A stretch of 64,000 bases of DNA from Octopus vulgaris (lineage: Eukaryota), in assembly GCA_951406725.2 (NCBI GenBank), contig OX597816.1:3534001-3598000 (forward strand), in the 5' to 3' direction. The position numbers and the translations under genes were made by a program. Shown here one piece after another: positions 51,297 to 64,000 of this stretch. The notes beneath the pieces are model-generated. The model searched no databases. It saw nothing but the letters and a program-made list of their open reading frames with translations, and was not told the origin of the DNA. Every line of letters starts with the position of its first letter. Within the stretch, counting starts at the first letter, position 1.

Positions 51297-51364
<68 letters not shown>

Positions 51365-52141
51365 CACACGTACATGCATACATACATATATGTATATGTA
51401 TGTATGTATAAATTTGCATACACAGTCAACTGTGTATAGTTACATTTACTGATATATCTAGCTGCGTAGACATATGGAAACTGTGATACATTGAAATATC
51501 CATACATCCGACCATTATTACAAGCCTCCGCTTTCGATTTTGATGCCCTTTAGATAATTAGTATCTGACATATCAGAGGTCACACATTATTACAAAAAGT
51601 TCATTCACCTCAATTCCGTTCGACGAAACGTCCGTATCTAGCAAATTAACAATATCTAAATTGTGATTGGTTGAAAGATAGCAACGTTTTACTGTTAACC
51701 TAATTTCGTTTGTTAGTATCTTTCAATGTTTCCAATACAAAGCTTTCGATTCTATGAAGCAATAAACGGAGAGGAATGAGTTTGTTAAATTGCAAGGAAA
51801 GTTCTGGATTTATTGAATAGGAAATGTGGATACCATCGCCTTTAGCTCTCCACCGAAATCCTTAGCAGAATAAACCAAGTCATCTCGAAGAGCAATTAAA
51901 AACTAGCCCCGTGAGAATTAATAACCAAGAATTTATAATTGTCTTTCGTTAGAAGATGGAAGACAGTAATGTAATAGGCAAATACATTCAAACTTTCTCT
52001 CTATCAATCTACTAATCTATCTATTTCCCTATACGCATGTGTATATATAATGCATGTATGTAAATACAGACATCGCAAAAGTAAATAGACATGCCTATTA
52101 CACCCACTCACAGAGATATAGACATGTCGATATACATATAT

Positions 52142-52213
<72 letters not shown>

Positions 52214-52381
52214 AAAGTTTGTTTGGTAAAGCACGTGGGTGAATATATAAGAAAATAGTAAAGAGTGAAAAAACGACAGAAGGCTTAAATGTTAAAAAAT
52301 ATATATATTTGCGTCAAAATGTCTGGAGAATATTGGAAAAATTTTTTTCCCTCCTTAAAATGACATAATTTTATAATTTTT

Positions 52382-52422
52382 AAAAAAATACCGGTTTCGC
52401 AGTTAGCTCTTCAAATTTCTTG
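52382..52422 (-). ncRNA. Minimal hammerhead motif in the Neptune pLTR (U3 core variant)
   Basis: CAAGAAAT TTGAAGA GC taact GC GAAA CCGG TA TTTTTTT; palindromic ACCGGT stem III. Confidence 0.62.
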
Positions 52423-52549
52423 TGACTTAATGTTTATTTTTAATAACGTAATCCTTGTATTTTTGCTACGGAGAGTTCTAAATAAGGGAAAGTAGTGAGT
52501 GATTTCTTCCGGTGTAAGGGAGATAATCGCTTAAAAAATGTTTTTTCCT

Positions 52550-53461
52550 TTAGTGTGAATTTCTCTGTATTATTGAGTTCGGATAGTTGAGTCTGGGTTT
52601 GTACTTTTCAATGAAGAATGTTTCCTTATTTAGTCTAATTTGTGATGATGATCCGAAAGCACATTGGTAAAATGGAAAGATTAAAAATTGTGGTTGTAGT
52701 TGCTTTGCGCATTTCTCAATGTGTTCACTAAAAGGTATCATTCTATATTCTGGGAATGCAATCTGTTGTCGATGCAGTGTGCATCTACGTCTGAGTGATA
52801 GTCCCGTGGACCCCACGTATTCTTGGTGGCAGCCCGAGCATTTAATGACATAAATTATGTTTTCAGAGGCACAAGTAAAGTTAGATTTGATCTTGAATTT
52901 CTGTCCCTCTTTAAAGAAGAATTCTGATCCTTCCAATAGGTTAGGACATGTTGCACAGTTCGATCTACCACATTTTTTTACTTTTGCATCCGTAATTTTA
53001 GAAGACAATTTTGCCTTTGTGAGAATCTTTTTAAGTGATTTAGGCTGTTTGTAGCTTTTAATGATTTGGTGTATGTTTAGAATTTCCTTTAATTTGGGGT
53101 TTTTATGAAGTATTGGTAAATTCTGGGTGATGATGGTGAAAGCTTCTTTGTTTCTGGGGTTGTATGTAGATATGTAAGGTAGTATTTTCGGGGAAGGTGT
53201 GTTGTTGTGTTGAACTTTTCTTAAAGTTTCTATGTTGATTTCTGTTGCACGTCTGATCCCATCCTCTATGAGTTGAGTTGGGTAATGTCTGTCAATTAAG
53301 GTGTTTTTGAGTTCTTGCAGTCTGAAGTTCCTGGTGTTTTGTTCTGACACTATTGTGCATATCCTTCTTGCAAGGTTGAAGGGGATGTTTGTTTTAGTGT
53401 GTCTTGGGTGGCATGAACTAAAAAGAAGGTATTGTTTGGCGTCTGTGGCTTTGTAGAAAAT
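52550..53461 (-). CDS. PLE ORF C-terminus: RT thumb, Cys-rich linker and GIY-YIG endonuclease (5'-truncated, no stops)
   Basis: IFYKATDAKQYLLFSSCHPRHTKTNIPFNLARRI thumb motif in frame upstream of track ORF 52550-53350; KCGRSNCATC linker; NIIYVIKCSGCHQEYVGST...R...H...E...LN nuclease. Confidence 0.88.
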   Translation of the reverse strand: MFYKATDAKQYLLFSSCHPRHTKTNIPFNLARRICTIVSEQNTRNFRLQELKNTLIDRHYPTQLIEDGIRRATEINIETLRKVQHNNTPSPKILPYISTYNPRNKEAFTIITQNLPILHKNPKLKEILNIHQIIKSYKQPKSLKKILTKAKLSSKITDAKVKKCGRSNCATCPNLLEGSEFFFKEGQKFKIKSNFTCASENIIYVIKCSGCHQEYVGSTGLSLRRRCTLHRQQIAFPEYRMIPFSEHIEKCAKQLQPQFLIFPFYQCAFGSSSQIRLNKETFFIEKYKPRLNYPNSIIQRNSH

Positions 53462-53588
53462 GTAATTATATACTGTTTATTTATTATTATGTACTTTTTG
53501 TGATGTAGATAAATGTTTTATCATTTCTTCTATATGGTATGATTTACGTCTATCATTGTTTGAATTACATAATAGTGGTTTTTCTCTA

Positions 53589-53632
<44 letters not shown>

Positions 53633-54100
53633 GTATGTATATGTTTATATATGGTGGTAGTATGTGAAAGTGTGAGCTTGTGTATATCCTTATTAGAGAG
53701 AGTCCTGCAACGTTGTGAGATGCAGAATAGTTTAAGTAGATTTCCTCAAGAGAGAATTCCAGTGAAGTGGACTGTGACATTAAAAATTAACCCTTGTAAT
53801 CTAAGCTAAGGAAACACTCGGCAAATTTACACACACATGCACGACACATACACACATAAATACATGTGTACACATACGCACTCACACATATGCTCAGACA
53901 GCAGTATTCTGTTATTCATTACGGTGGTTGGCTAATCTTTGGGGTCTTGGACTTGATATATTCTTCACTGTCCCCTGCAACGTTTCACCACGTGAGACGT
54001 TAGCTGAAACAAGTTACCTTCAGTATTCTTAATCGCCCTGCATTAATATTTGTGGACTGACTCTTTCAAATACTCTCTGGTCCTTGTTAGTTTGTCACTG

Positions 54101-54331
54101 AAAGATTACCTTCTTTGGAAATGGAATAACAGAAAACTTCTGGATCATTTTTTTAATGCTTCGTTACCGAAGTCTAACAGATGTTTCTGGAAAAGTGGAA
54201 AGAAAGAGTCTTCTTTCTCTTTGTATTTTCTTTCTCTCTGAAAGTAATTCCGAGGTTATCTCTACTGGTAGGGGTTAGAACCGACTTATTTACCATAAAA
54301 GAACTTCAAAATATGAGAGAAAGAGAGAGAG

Positions 54332-54416
<85 letters not shown>

Positions 54417-54563
54417 AACCTACCGATAACAACCCAATAATTTTATTGAAGATTCCACTTTTCCAGAAACATCTGTTAGACTTCGGTAACAAAACATTAA
54501 AAAGTGATCCAGAAGCTATCTCGAAGTTTTCTGTTATTCCATTCCCAAAGAAGGTAATCTTCA
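54101..54563. repeat. About 100-bp inverted repeat (54101-54199 and 54453-54563) around a (GA)n tract
   Basis: Reverse-complement comparison. Confidence 0.85.
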
Positions 54564-54889
54564 CGTGCCCCAGGACTTCAGAGAAATTACTCTTATCTCT
54601 ATTCTCAATTATTTTTACATTATGCTCCCTACAAGAATTTCTCATGTTGATCCTATCCAATGATGGAACCAAAGCAATTTCTATAAAGGCAGACCAACCA
54701 ATACTGCAGATTGTTGTCGTTAGAAGAATAAAAAGAAAGAGTTCGATATTAAATCGTCAATAATATTTGAAGATTTCCCAAAGGTGTGCAATAGTGTCAA
54801 CAGAAGGACCATGTTACCTGACCCATCGAATTATAGTCTCCGAACTTTCTATTTCACCATGTTATAAAAAGCATGGCTATATTTGTGGT

Positions 54890-55104
54890 AGAAACGTTAG
54901 TGCGCCTGGCGAAATGCTTAGCGGTATTTCGTCTGTCGTTATGTTCTGTGTTCAAATTCCGCCCAGGTCGACTTTGCCTTTCATCCTTTCGGGGTCAATA
55001 AATAAAGTACCAGTTTCTCACTGGCGTCGATGTAATCGACTTAATCCATTTGTCTGTCCTTGTTTGTCCCCTCTATGTTTAGCCTCTTGTGGGCAATAAT
55101 GAAA
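54890..55104 (+). mobile_element. SINE family B, tailed
   Basis: Matches other copies. Confidence 0.82.
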
Positions 55105-56182
55105 AATATATTTGTAGCACCATTGATATTCAGGATTGCTATCTTTTTCATCAAAGTTTGTTGCGAAATCTAAATATATGACTTTTCTGCGTTATTTTTA
55201 TGCAGACAGCAACAACATGATCGATCATATCACCGAGGTGATTGAGATTCTTAGGGGCTTTGGATTGGTTTGATCCAGCTATTTAAACGTTCACTGATTA
55301 TTCGTTTTATTGATGGGATGAAGGCAAGTGATATTACTAGTTAAGTTTTATTAGGGCAGACTTTATATAATTCCTGTTATCTAAATAGCCATCATCATAA
55401 ATAAACCTTCAGAGAAGAACCCATTCCGTTTGTATCGACATAACAGAGCTGAACATCCGATAATCTCCGTGCATTTCCCTACAGCAAAATCAGTATCGAC
55501 AGATTACAATAGAGATATGGCATTGATGCTAAGCTAAAGTACAACATATAGACATGTAAGTTCATGGCAGTAATTGCGGTCATTAATTCTGCTAAAGAAT
55601 TCTTCTGTACGTTCGCAGACATCAGGAGACATTTCGATTGGAGATTGTATTATCCCTGGGAGGAAATATTCTAGCCTTGAGTTATAAACATGTTGACCTC
55701 ACAAGCGCAATTTTGGCATTTTTTATGTATATATTCATATATTTTCTATTAAAATGTTTACAAGGAAATCGTAGTCATTAGTGCACTTCAACATCTGAAC
55801 GAGGCGTGAGTTTGTAAATGTTGTAATAGTGCAGCCATCTCGACTAAATGCTAATCATTAGATCAAAGAATGGAGGAATAAATTTGTGTGCTTCAGGGGA
55901 AATTTGCCTTGAGACTAATTCTAGTGTTGCATCAAAAATTTCTTCTCAAAAATGTTAATATTTTTTCTCGTCTTCGCTTACAAAAGTTTTCAATTTCTTG
56001 AACTTTCTTGAACTTAATTTTGCTGGCACCAGATCGATTATTGATCCCTTTCTTCTCTCTCCTCTGTTACTGAAATGCTATTTTAACATATTGATGCTTA
56101 AAAGAAATTTACTTCAGAATATATCCCCAAAGACCTGTTCTTCAACGTTGTGTCTGCAGCTAACACGATTACAACACTCGTC

Positions 56183-56566
56183 ATATACATACATACATAC
56201 ATACATACATACATACATACATACATACACACATACATACGTACACACATACATACACACACATACATACATACACACACATATACATACACACATACAT
56301 ACATACATGTATATATGTATATATATGTACACATATATGTAAATATATATATATATGTATATATATATATAATGTATATACATGTATATGCATGTATATA
56401 CATACATGTATATCTATGTATATAAATACATGTATATCTATATACATACATACATGTATATGTATGTATGTATATATGTTCGTATGTATATATATATGTG
56501 TGTGTGTGTATATATATATATATGTATGTATATGTGTGTATGTGTGTCTGTGTGTGTATGTATGTA
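56183..56566. repeat. Compound (TACA)/(TA)/(TATG) microsatellite
   Basis: Visible directly. Confidence 0.9.
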
Positions 56567-57324
56567 TATTGCACATTTGTGTGTGAAAACCAATTTAGCT
56601 AATTATTCATCGGTGAGGAGATAATCGATGAATCGATCCCAGCACATTTGTTGTAATTATCAAGATTTGCATATATGGAAAGAAAAAGTTGACCGCACGG
56701 GATATGAATGCCGTACGTAAAAGAACAACATTGAAAAGTCCAAGATATTTACGACCATGTTCTATTGGTCCCGACTGTATTTCCGTTTTTATCTATGTTT
56801 AGAATTTACAAGAGAAGCGGTGGGTGGGCGGGTGGGATAAATGCAAGATATTAAAGCGTGTATAAAATTCAAGTGAAAACTATAAACTGTCAATAAACCT
56901 TGTCCAATAAATTTCCCAGATTATTTCTTAATAAAAATCTATACATTTCTAAATTAATGATATTATTGTTTGGGTTATGATTGCTGCGACTTTACAACAC
57001 CAGAAAATGTGATTTTGTTGGATATCTGAAGCATTCTAACTTTAAACAGACAGTCCGAGTATTGTTAGACGTAATTGAATTTATAATATTCAAAATGAAA
57101 TCACTCAACGAAAAGATGTTTTTAAAAATATATCCTCTTAATCGACTTCACCATTCCACTCAAGAAATTAAACATTTAGTGAATTATTTTGCTTTTTGAA
57201 GCATTGTTTTGTGTCTTGTGGGGAAAAAAAATATGCCTTTAGAAAGAACAGTGACAGTACATAAAAGGTATATTCATAAATGAATTGGTTTAAAAAATAT
57301 TTAAGTTAATATCAATTAATATTC

Positions 57325-57740
57325 GTGTCAAACTTTGGTACAAGTCCAGCAATTTCGGGAGAGGTAGATAAGTCGATTACATCGACTCCAGTGCTTAACT
57401 GGACCCCGAAAGAATGAAAAGCAAAGTCGACCCCGGCGTAATTTGAACTTAGAACTTTAAGACAGACGAAATGTCGCTAACCATTTTGTCCGGCCTACCC
57501 AACGCTTCTGCCAGTTCACCGCCTTAATTTCAGTTAATATTGAGGTCCACAGAAAACGGTAAACTGGCAGAAGTGTTGCCATGCCGGACAAAATGCTTAG
57601 CGGCATTTTGTCCGTCTTAATGTTCTGAGCTCAAATTCCGCAGGGTTGTCAAAATAAGAACAGTTGAACACCGGGGTCGATGCAATCGACTTAACCGCCA
57701 TCCCCAAATTGCTGGCCATGTGCCAAAATCTGAAACCAAT
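57325..57740. mobile_element. Two divergent SINE family B copies (57325-57525 -; 57555-57740 +)
   Basis: Similarity to other copies. Confidence 0.7.
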
Positions 57741-57755
57741 TGTGTAATCTAAATA

Positions 57756-58172
57756 CTCTTTACTCTCTCTTTTACTCTTTTACTTGTTTCACTCATGTGA
57801 CTGTGGCCATGCTGGAGCACCGCCTTTAGTCGAGCAAATCGACCCCAGGACTTATTCTTTGTAAGCCTAGTACTTATTCTATCGGTCTCTTTTGCTGAAC
57901 CACTAAGTTACGGGGACGTAAACACACCAGCATCAGTTGTCAAGCGATGTTTGGGGGAAGGGGCAAACACAGACACAAAAACACACACATACATATATAT
58001 ACATATATACGACGGGCTGCTTTCAGTTTCCGTCTACTAAATCCCCTCACAAGGCTTTGGTCGGCCCGAGGCTATAGTAGAAGACACTTAGCCCAGGTGC
58101 CACGCAGTGGGACTGAACTCGGAACCAAGTGGTTGGTAAGCAAGCTACTTACCACACATCCACTCCTGTGCC
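57756..58172 (-). mobile_element. SINE family A, full length
   Basis: Matches other copies. Confidence 0.88.
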
Positions 58173-58529
58173 TTTATTTCAGTCAGTCGTTAAGGAATCC
58201 ATTGAAGTTCTTAAGGATTCGCTCAAATAAAAATTCCCAGGAATCCGGGCTTCGGATAAATTGACTTCTAAAACGTATACAATATGTTTTATTATGAAGT
58301 GCTATTCTCCCTTGTGTATTTTATACTGTAATGAACACGCATGCATAGTGGTTAGGGTTTTGCAGTCATGATCGCAAGACGTAGTTTCGATTCTCGGACA
58401 GGGTCGTGCGTTGTGTTCTTAAGCAAAGCATTTCACGTCATGTTGCTCCAGTTAACTGTAAATGAGGAACCCAGCGACAGAGGAAACACGTTTCTCGTAA
58501 ACGAACTTTATATATATATATATATATAA

Positions 58530-58927
58530 CTAGCAGTATCGCCCGGCGTTGCTCGGGTTTGTAAGGGAAATAACTATATAAGCATTTTTAGAGAGTTATA
58601 GCCAAAAAAATAGCAAAAAATGCATTAAAAATGGAAAAAAAACGATGGTAAATCTTTTTTTTAAATCGTTGACTCATCGTAGACATATTTAGAGAGTTAC
58701 TTCCCTTATATAATAGCGAAAAATGCATTAAAATGGAAAAAAATGATGGTAAATTATTTTTAAAATCGTAGACTCATCGTAGACGCGCGCTAATACTCAG
58801 AAGGGCTCTATATGAATCACGACTATAAGATACCCGGTTTTGGTTAAACTGCACCACAAAACGTGGGAGTAGTTAGGAATCTAAATCGTAGGAGACAGAC
58901 ACACAACCTTACTTTTATATGTAAAGA
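58530..58927 (-). mobile_element. Non-autonomous Helitron
   Basis: Minus strand 5' A|TC... and 3' hairpin CCCGAGCAACGCCGGG 8 nt before CTAG|T; internal ~100-bp tandem duplication; no TSD. Confidence 0.82.
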
Positions 58928-59956
58928 TGTACACAGTATAAAGATATGAGCTCCTAATATTTATTTTTTGTTGGAAACACGTGTTTAGGCAATTTTTGTG
59001 ACTCGCTTTTGTCCCCAAGCAATATTCAAGTTATGAGTACATGGACTATTATATCTGAAAAATAGATGGCAAGTACATGAGAAATAACGAGGAAAAGCGA
59101 AAAGGTTGATATCGGAAACCTCGTAACCGGAAAACGAACTTTTTAACCACACAGCCATGTTTGCAATATTTTCAGACCAGAAATCACAGTTTAGAGTCGA
59201 AACAAGAATATTTCAGTGTTTAGATTCAATATACAACAGCAAATAAGTATGTTTGTTGTAGTTTACAACAGCGAGACGACGATAATAAAGGTGAGGGGCA
59301 CGGGGCAGGAACGACGGGGTTAGGAAATGAGTTAGCTGTCAGCTAGAAGCAACACATGAAAGCAAGTGCAGTCGTCAGAAGGAAAATCAAAATAATCGAT
59401 AGAAGTACAACGTTGATGGCTAAACTTTGGCGATTTACTGGATTTGAAGATTTACGATTTTGTGTTTTGCAATATAATTGAATGCGTCAATAGATTATAT
59501 ATAATTCAAATAAAGGTTAATGATGGCAAACAGGAATCCAGTCTTGGCTAATTAGTAACCAGCAGGTTGTTTATGTTGCTAATACGCTTCCAGTTTTGGT
59601 TCCCGAGAAAATGAAAACGAAGGTAATAAAGTAGATTTCAACATTTGCAGGAGGCTTGGAATTGGTATGATATCTTTAAGACAACATAGTCTTTGGAGAA
59701 ACAAAAATGAATAAAAGAGACAACAACAAAGAACAAGTAAAACAGGATGTCTGTTATTTTTCCTCTTGTATAAAGCCGCAGGGAGTGTATATAGGTCGGA
59801 GTAAATTGCAGCAACGGATGTTTACAATCATTAGCAACGTATGTAAAATGGCTGTATAGAGCCACAAGGGCAAATTAATGGCCCTCATATATAGCCTCGT
59901 ATATAAATATATACGCACAAACACACACACACACACACATATCCATCCATCCAGCC

Positions 59957-60033
<77 letters not shown>

Positions 60034-60169
60034 GCTAGCTAGCTAGCTATCTCTCTATCTAGCTATCTATCTATTATCTATCTATCTATCTACACACACA
60101 CGTGTATGCACGAGAGCAAGAGAGCGAGAGAGAGAGAGAGAGAGAGATATTATATATAATATTTCTTTT

Positions 60170-60386
60170 AATCTTTTATTTGTTTCAGTCGACTGCGGTC
60201 ATGCTGGAGCACCGCCTTTTAGTCGAACAAATCGACCCCAGGATTTATTCCTTGTAAGCCTAGTACTTATTCTATCGGTCTCTTTTTTCCAAATCGCTAG
60301 ACATAACAATATCAGTTGTCAAGCGCTGATGGTGGTGGTGGGGGACAAACTCAAATACACAAACACACACACGCATACACGTACAC

Positions 60387-60433
<47 letters not shown>

Positions 60434-60567
60434 ACAAATCCACTCACAAGGCTTTAGTCGGCCCGAAGCTATAGTAGAAAACATTTGCCCAAGGTGCCAC
60501 GCAATGGGACTGAACCTAGAATCATGTGGTTGGTAAGTAAGCTACTTACCACACAGCCACTCCTGCG

Positions 60568-60569
<2 letters not shown>
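60170..60569 (-). mobile_element. SINE family A with internal deletions
   Basis: Matches other copies. Confidence 0.82.
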
Positions 60570-60626
<57 letters not shown>

Positions 60627-61169
60627 TTTTGTGTGTATATGTATCTACATCGATATACATGACAGAAGATGGAATATATTTATATATATGTGTATGACTA
60701 TGTATACATGTGCGTGCATTCATATATATGTACATCTATGTGCTATCTATCTATCTGTCTGTTTGTCTGTCTGTCGGTCTCTGTTGCTCTCCACCTCTCT
60801 CTCTCTCCCTCTTTGTGTATATATATATATACAGGCATACATATATACGTGCGTAATGCGCATGCGCACATTAACTTGGCAAGAACGCATCAGTTTATCT
60901 CAATAAATTTGTCCCATACATCTTTCATGTTTTTAAACTTAAATGTAATTAAATACTGGCTTAACTTACGGGACATCCTGTATAGGTCCGTGCACGAAGA
61001 TAGACACACGTACATACCTAAACAGAGAAGGGAATAAATATATAGATAGAGAGACAGAGAAACTGATAGATAGAGAAAGAGAGAGAGGGAGAGAGAGAAA
61101 GAGAGAGAGATAAACGAAGCAGATTGATATAGATATAGAAAGACATATAGAGAGAGAGACAGGCAGGGA

Positions 61170-61389
61170 GACAGATAGATAGAGATAGATAAATAGATTG
61201 ACAGATAGATAGATTGATAGATAGATTGACAGATAGATAGATTGATAGATATATAGATAGCTTGATAGATAGATAGACAGATAGGTAGATAGATAGATTG
61301 ACAAATAGATAAATAGGTAGAGATATTGATAGAATGATAGATAGATTGACAGATAGATTGATTGATTGATTAATAGGTAGATAGATAGG

Positions 61390-61453
<64 letters not shown>

Positions 61454-61630
61454 CAGATAGATAGATATATTGAGAGATAGATAGATTGATAGATGAATAG
61501 ATAGACAGATAGGTAGATAGATAGATTGACAAATAGATAAATAGGTAGAGATATTGATAGAATGATAGATAGATTGACAGATAGATTGATTGATTGATTA
61601 ATAGGTAGATAGATAGATAGATAGATAGAT
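61170..61630. repeat. (GATA)n array with a ~120-bp higher-order duplication (about 61271-61390 and 61499-61620)
   Basis: Visible directly. Confidence 0.85.
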
Positions 61631-62037
61631 AAGGAAAGAAGGAGGGAGAAATAAAGAGGGATGACTGATAGATAGAGTAATAGACAAATAAGCCAGCAGA
61701 TATGACGATAAATAGATTAATTCATTGTTAAATTATTATAATCTCTTTGGTATTAATAGCTTGTCGAATCAGTCATGCTTAACACAAGAATATAGGAAAA
61801 CATCGTAAAAACCTAATATACTTGCGCGCGCATCAGTGCATGTGTGTATGTATGTGTGTGCGTATATGTATGTTTGTATATGTATGTGTGTGAATGCATG
61901 TGTGTATATGTATGTGTGTGTGTATGCATTATTTTCTGCAATGTATAACTGACACGATACTCTCATCCGCTTGGTTCCTGCTAATAAATGAGAACACGGT
62001 TTGGCCGGTGTATATAGGAGTGTGTGTATGTATATGT

Positions 62038-62358
62038 GAAGGCGCGTGGCTTAGTGGTTAGGGGCATACGGCTCACGATTGTAAGGTCGTGAGTTCAATT
62101 CCCGGCGGCCCATTGTGTCCTTGAGCAAGACACTTTCTTTTACATTGCTCCAGTCCACTCAACTGGCAAAAATGAGTAGTACCTTGATTTCAAAGGGGCC
62201 AGCCTTGTCAAACTCTGTGTCACTCTGAATCTCCCTGAGAACAACGTTAGGGGTACGCGTGTCTGTGGAGTACTCAGCCACTTGCATGTTAATTTCACGA
62301 GCAAGCTGTTCCTTTAATGGTATCAGTTGGGACCCTCGTCGTCGTAACCGACGGAGTA
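62038..62358 (+). mobile_element. SINE family C, full length
   Basis: TGGCTTAGTGG A-box, GAGTTCAATTCC B-box, TGTGTCCTTGAGCAAGACACT segment, end CGTAACCGACGGAGT. Confidence 0.88.
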
Positions 62359-62505
62359 CTCTTATTTTTGACTCTATGTAATTTATGTAAGGATACACGC
62401 ACATCACATGCATGTATGTATAAATATATGTATGATTGTATACGTATGTTTATACATGTGTATTGTTACGTATGTGAATTTATACGTGTGTGTATGCAAG
62501 TATGC

Positions 62506-62541
<36 letters not shown>

Positions 62542-62897
62542 CTGTATGTATGCTTATATATGTGGTTGTGTGCTAGCTTGACTGTGTATAGTTGTGTATA
62601 TGTCCTTATTTATGTATGTGAACATTGTTCTGTCAGTGTAAAGACATGTTTCGTTGGCTGTCGGGTACGAGTGTATATTTGAGGTGTGCATGTGTGCGTA
62701 AGTATGTATGTATGCGTGTGCATGTGTGTATGTATGCATGTGCATGTGCGTATGTGTGTATGTATGCATATATGTTTGTATGTTAATGTGTGCATGTAAG
62801 TAATATGTTTGTATGTTAATGTGTGCATGTGAGTATATATATATATGTGTCTATGTGCTGTGCGTGTATGAATTTTTACGTAAGTATGTATGAGTGC

Positions 62898-62942
<45 letters not shown>

Positions 62943-63609
62943 GTTGAATTCTGTGCTATAGGTTCCAAAACTGGTTTACAAAACATTTGTTTTAAATATT
63001 TGCATCGTAACCAATAAATTAGAAATATCTGGTTTAATATTCTTTAAAAAATACATCAAAATAAATACACACACACACACACATTGTTACACACACACAC
63101 ATTGTTACACACACATTGTTACACACACACACGTACATTGTTATACACACACACACAACAAAATTTAATCAGTCATTTATGGCAGACCGTGAGTTATTTT
63201 ATGGCGGAACATTTTGTTTTCTTTTATTTCTTATCAAACATTTTACATTAAACGAAATATATTTCTGTTTCCATCAAAACGGAATTAATATGTTTTCGGC
63301 GTCAGACTCAGCCGAAATAGCTTACTGGATAGGGTTTGTATCCGGTTATTGATCTACCGTATCGATAATTCACTCCCCATCCCATAGTTAGGAACAATTA
63401 ACTAACACTGGATCAATTGTCTGTGAGAAACGAAAGACGGACGTTGGGTCCGTGTGTCTCTCTTACGTCAGGGGTGCAGCGAGAAACAAAAACATTAGCG
63501 CAATGAATAACGGATGTTTCAAGCGTTACGGAATCATCGAAGGCGATGCAGTGTTCCTCTAGTATTCAGATTCTGACCGGAATTCCTCAAAAAGATCCGC
63601 AGTCATTCT

Positions 63610-63865
63610 AAGACGGCGAATCGGTTGAACCATTAGAACAGCGGATTAGATATTTTGGTCGCTTTGTTGCAGATCTTTCTTTAGGTTACACGTTCAATTC
63701 CTGCTGAGGTCAACTTCGCCCTTCAACCTTTTGAGGTTGACAAAATAATGTAACAGTGTTAGAGTGTTTGAAAAAAAAGAAAATGGTTTACCGTATTTGT
63801 TCTAAATCTTTACGTTCTGAGTTCAAACCCCACTGTGGTCAACTTTCGTCTTTTATCCTTTCGAA
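63610..63865 (+). mobile_element. SINE family B, degraded fragments
   Basis: Weak similarity to other copies. Confidence 0.55.
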
Positions 63866-64000
63866 GAAGGAGGAGGAGGAGAAGACGACGACGAAGAAGA
63901 AGAAGAAGATATGAATAAAGATATTTAGGCTATGACCGTTGTCTTTCTTTTCCAATTTAGAGTACCCTGAAGTACATTATTATCTAGTGTATCCCGAAGT

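Larger units (their letters stand above)
52211..53461 (-). mobile_element. Neptune-type Penelope-like element, 5'-truncated, inserted in (TA)n
   Basis: ORF plus 3' pLTR with HHR, ending at (TA)n 52144-52210. Confidence 0.88.

Noticed and set aside
62038-62110. tRNA genes at SINE heads (also 19690-19760 and 35560-35630)
   Set aside because: They continue into SINE bodies and lack complete cloverleafs

Overview
AT-rich, microsatellite-saturated non-coding eukaryotic DNA. The SINE, microsatellite and LINE repertoire suggests a coleoid cephalopod (Octopus-like) genome; that is inference. No host protein-coding exon could be supported, and almost all long ORFs in the track are microsatellite translations. 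Real coding remnants are all transposon-derived: an internally deleted Tc1 transposase, Tx1/L1-clade 3' ends, CR1-like, RTE-like and HERO-like fragments, a mariner 3' end, and two Penelope-like elements (PLEs) with GIY-YIG endonuclease. The main hidden signal is a set of type I hammerhead ribozyme (HHR) motifs from several unrelated families. Most lie in insertions within (TA)n or (CA)n microsatellites, often as divergent inverted arms. The best case is a near-identical 492-bp unit arranged in tandem and inverted at 4375-5894. It carries an HHR with an unusually large stem-II insertion and is a candidate retrozyme / circular-RNA element mobilised by PLEs. A second theme is a tRNA-derived SINE that shares its 3' tail with the Tx1 LINE and repeatedly sits inside its own family at GGTATTTCGTC.
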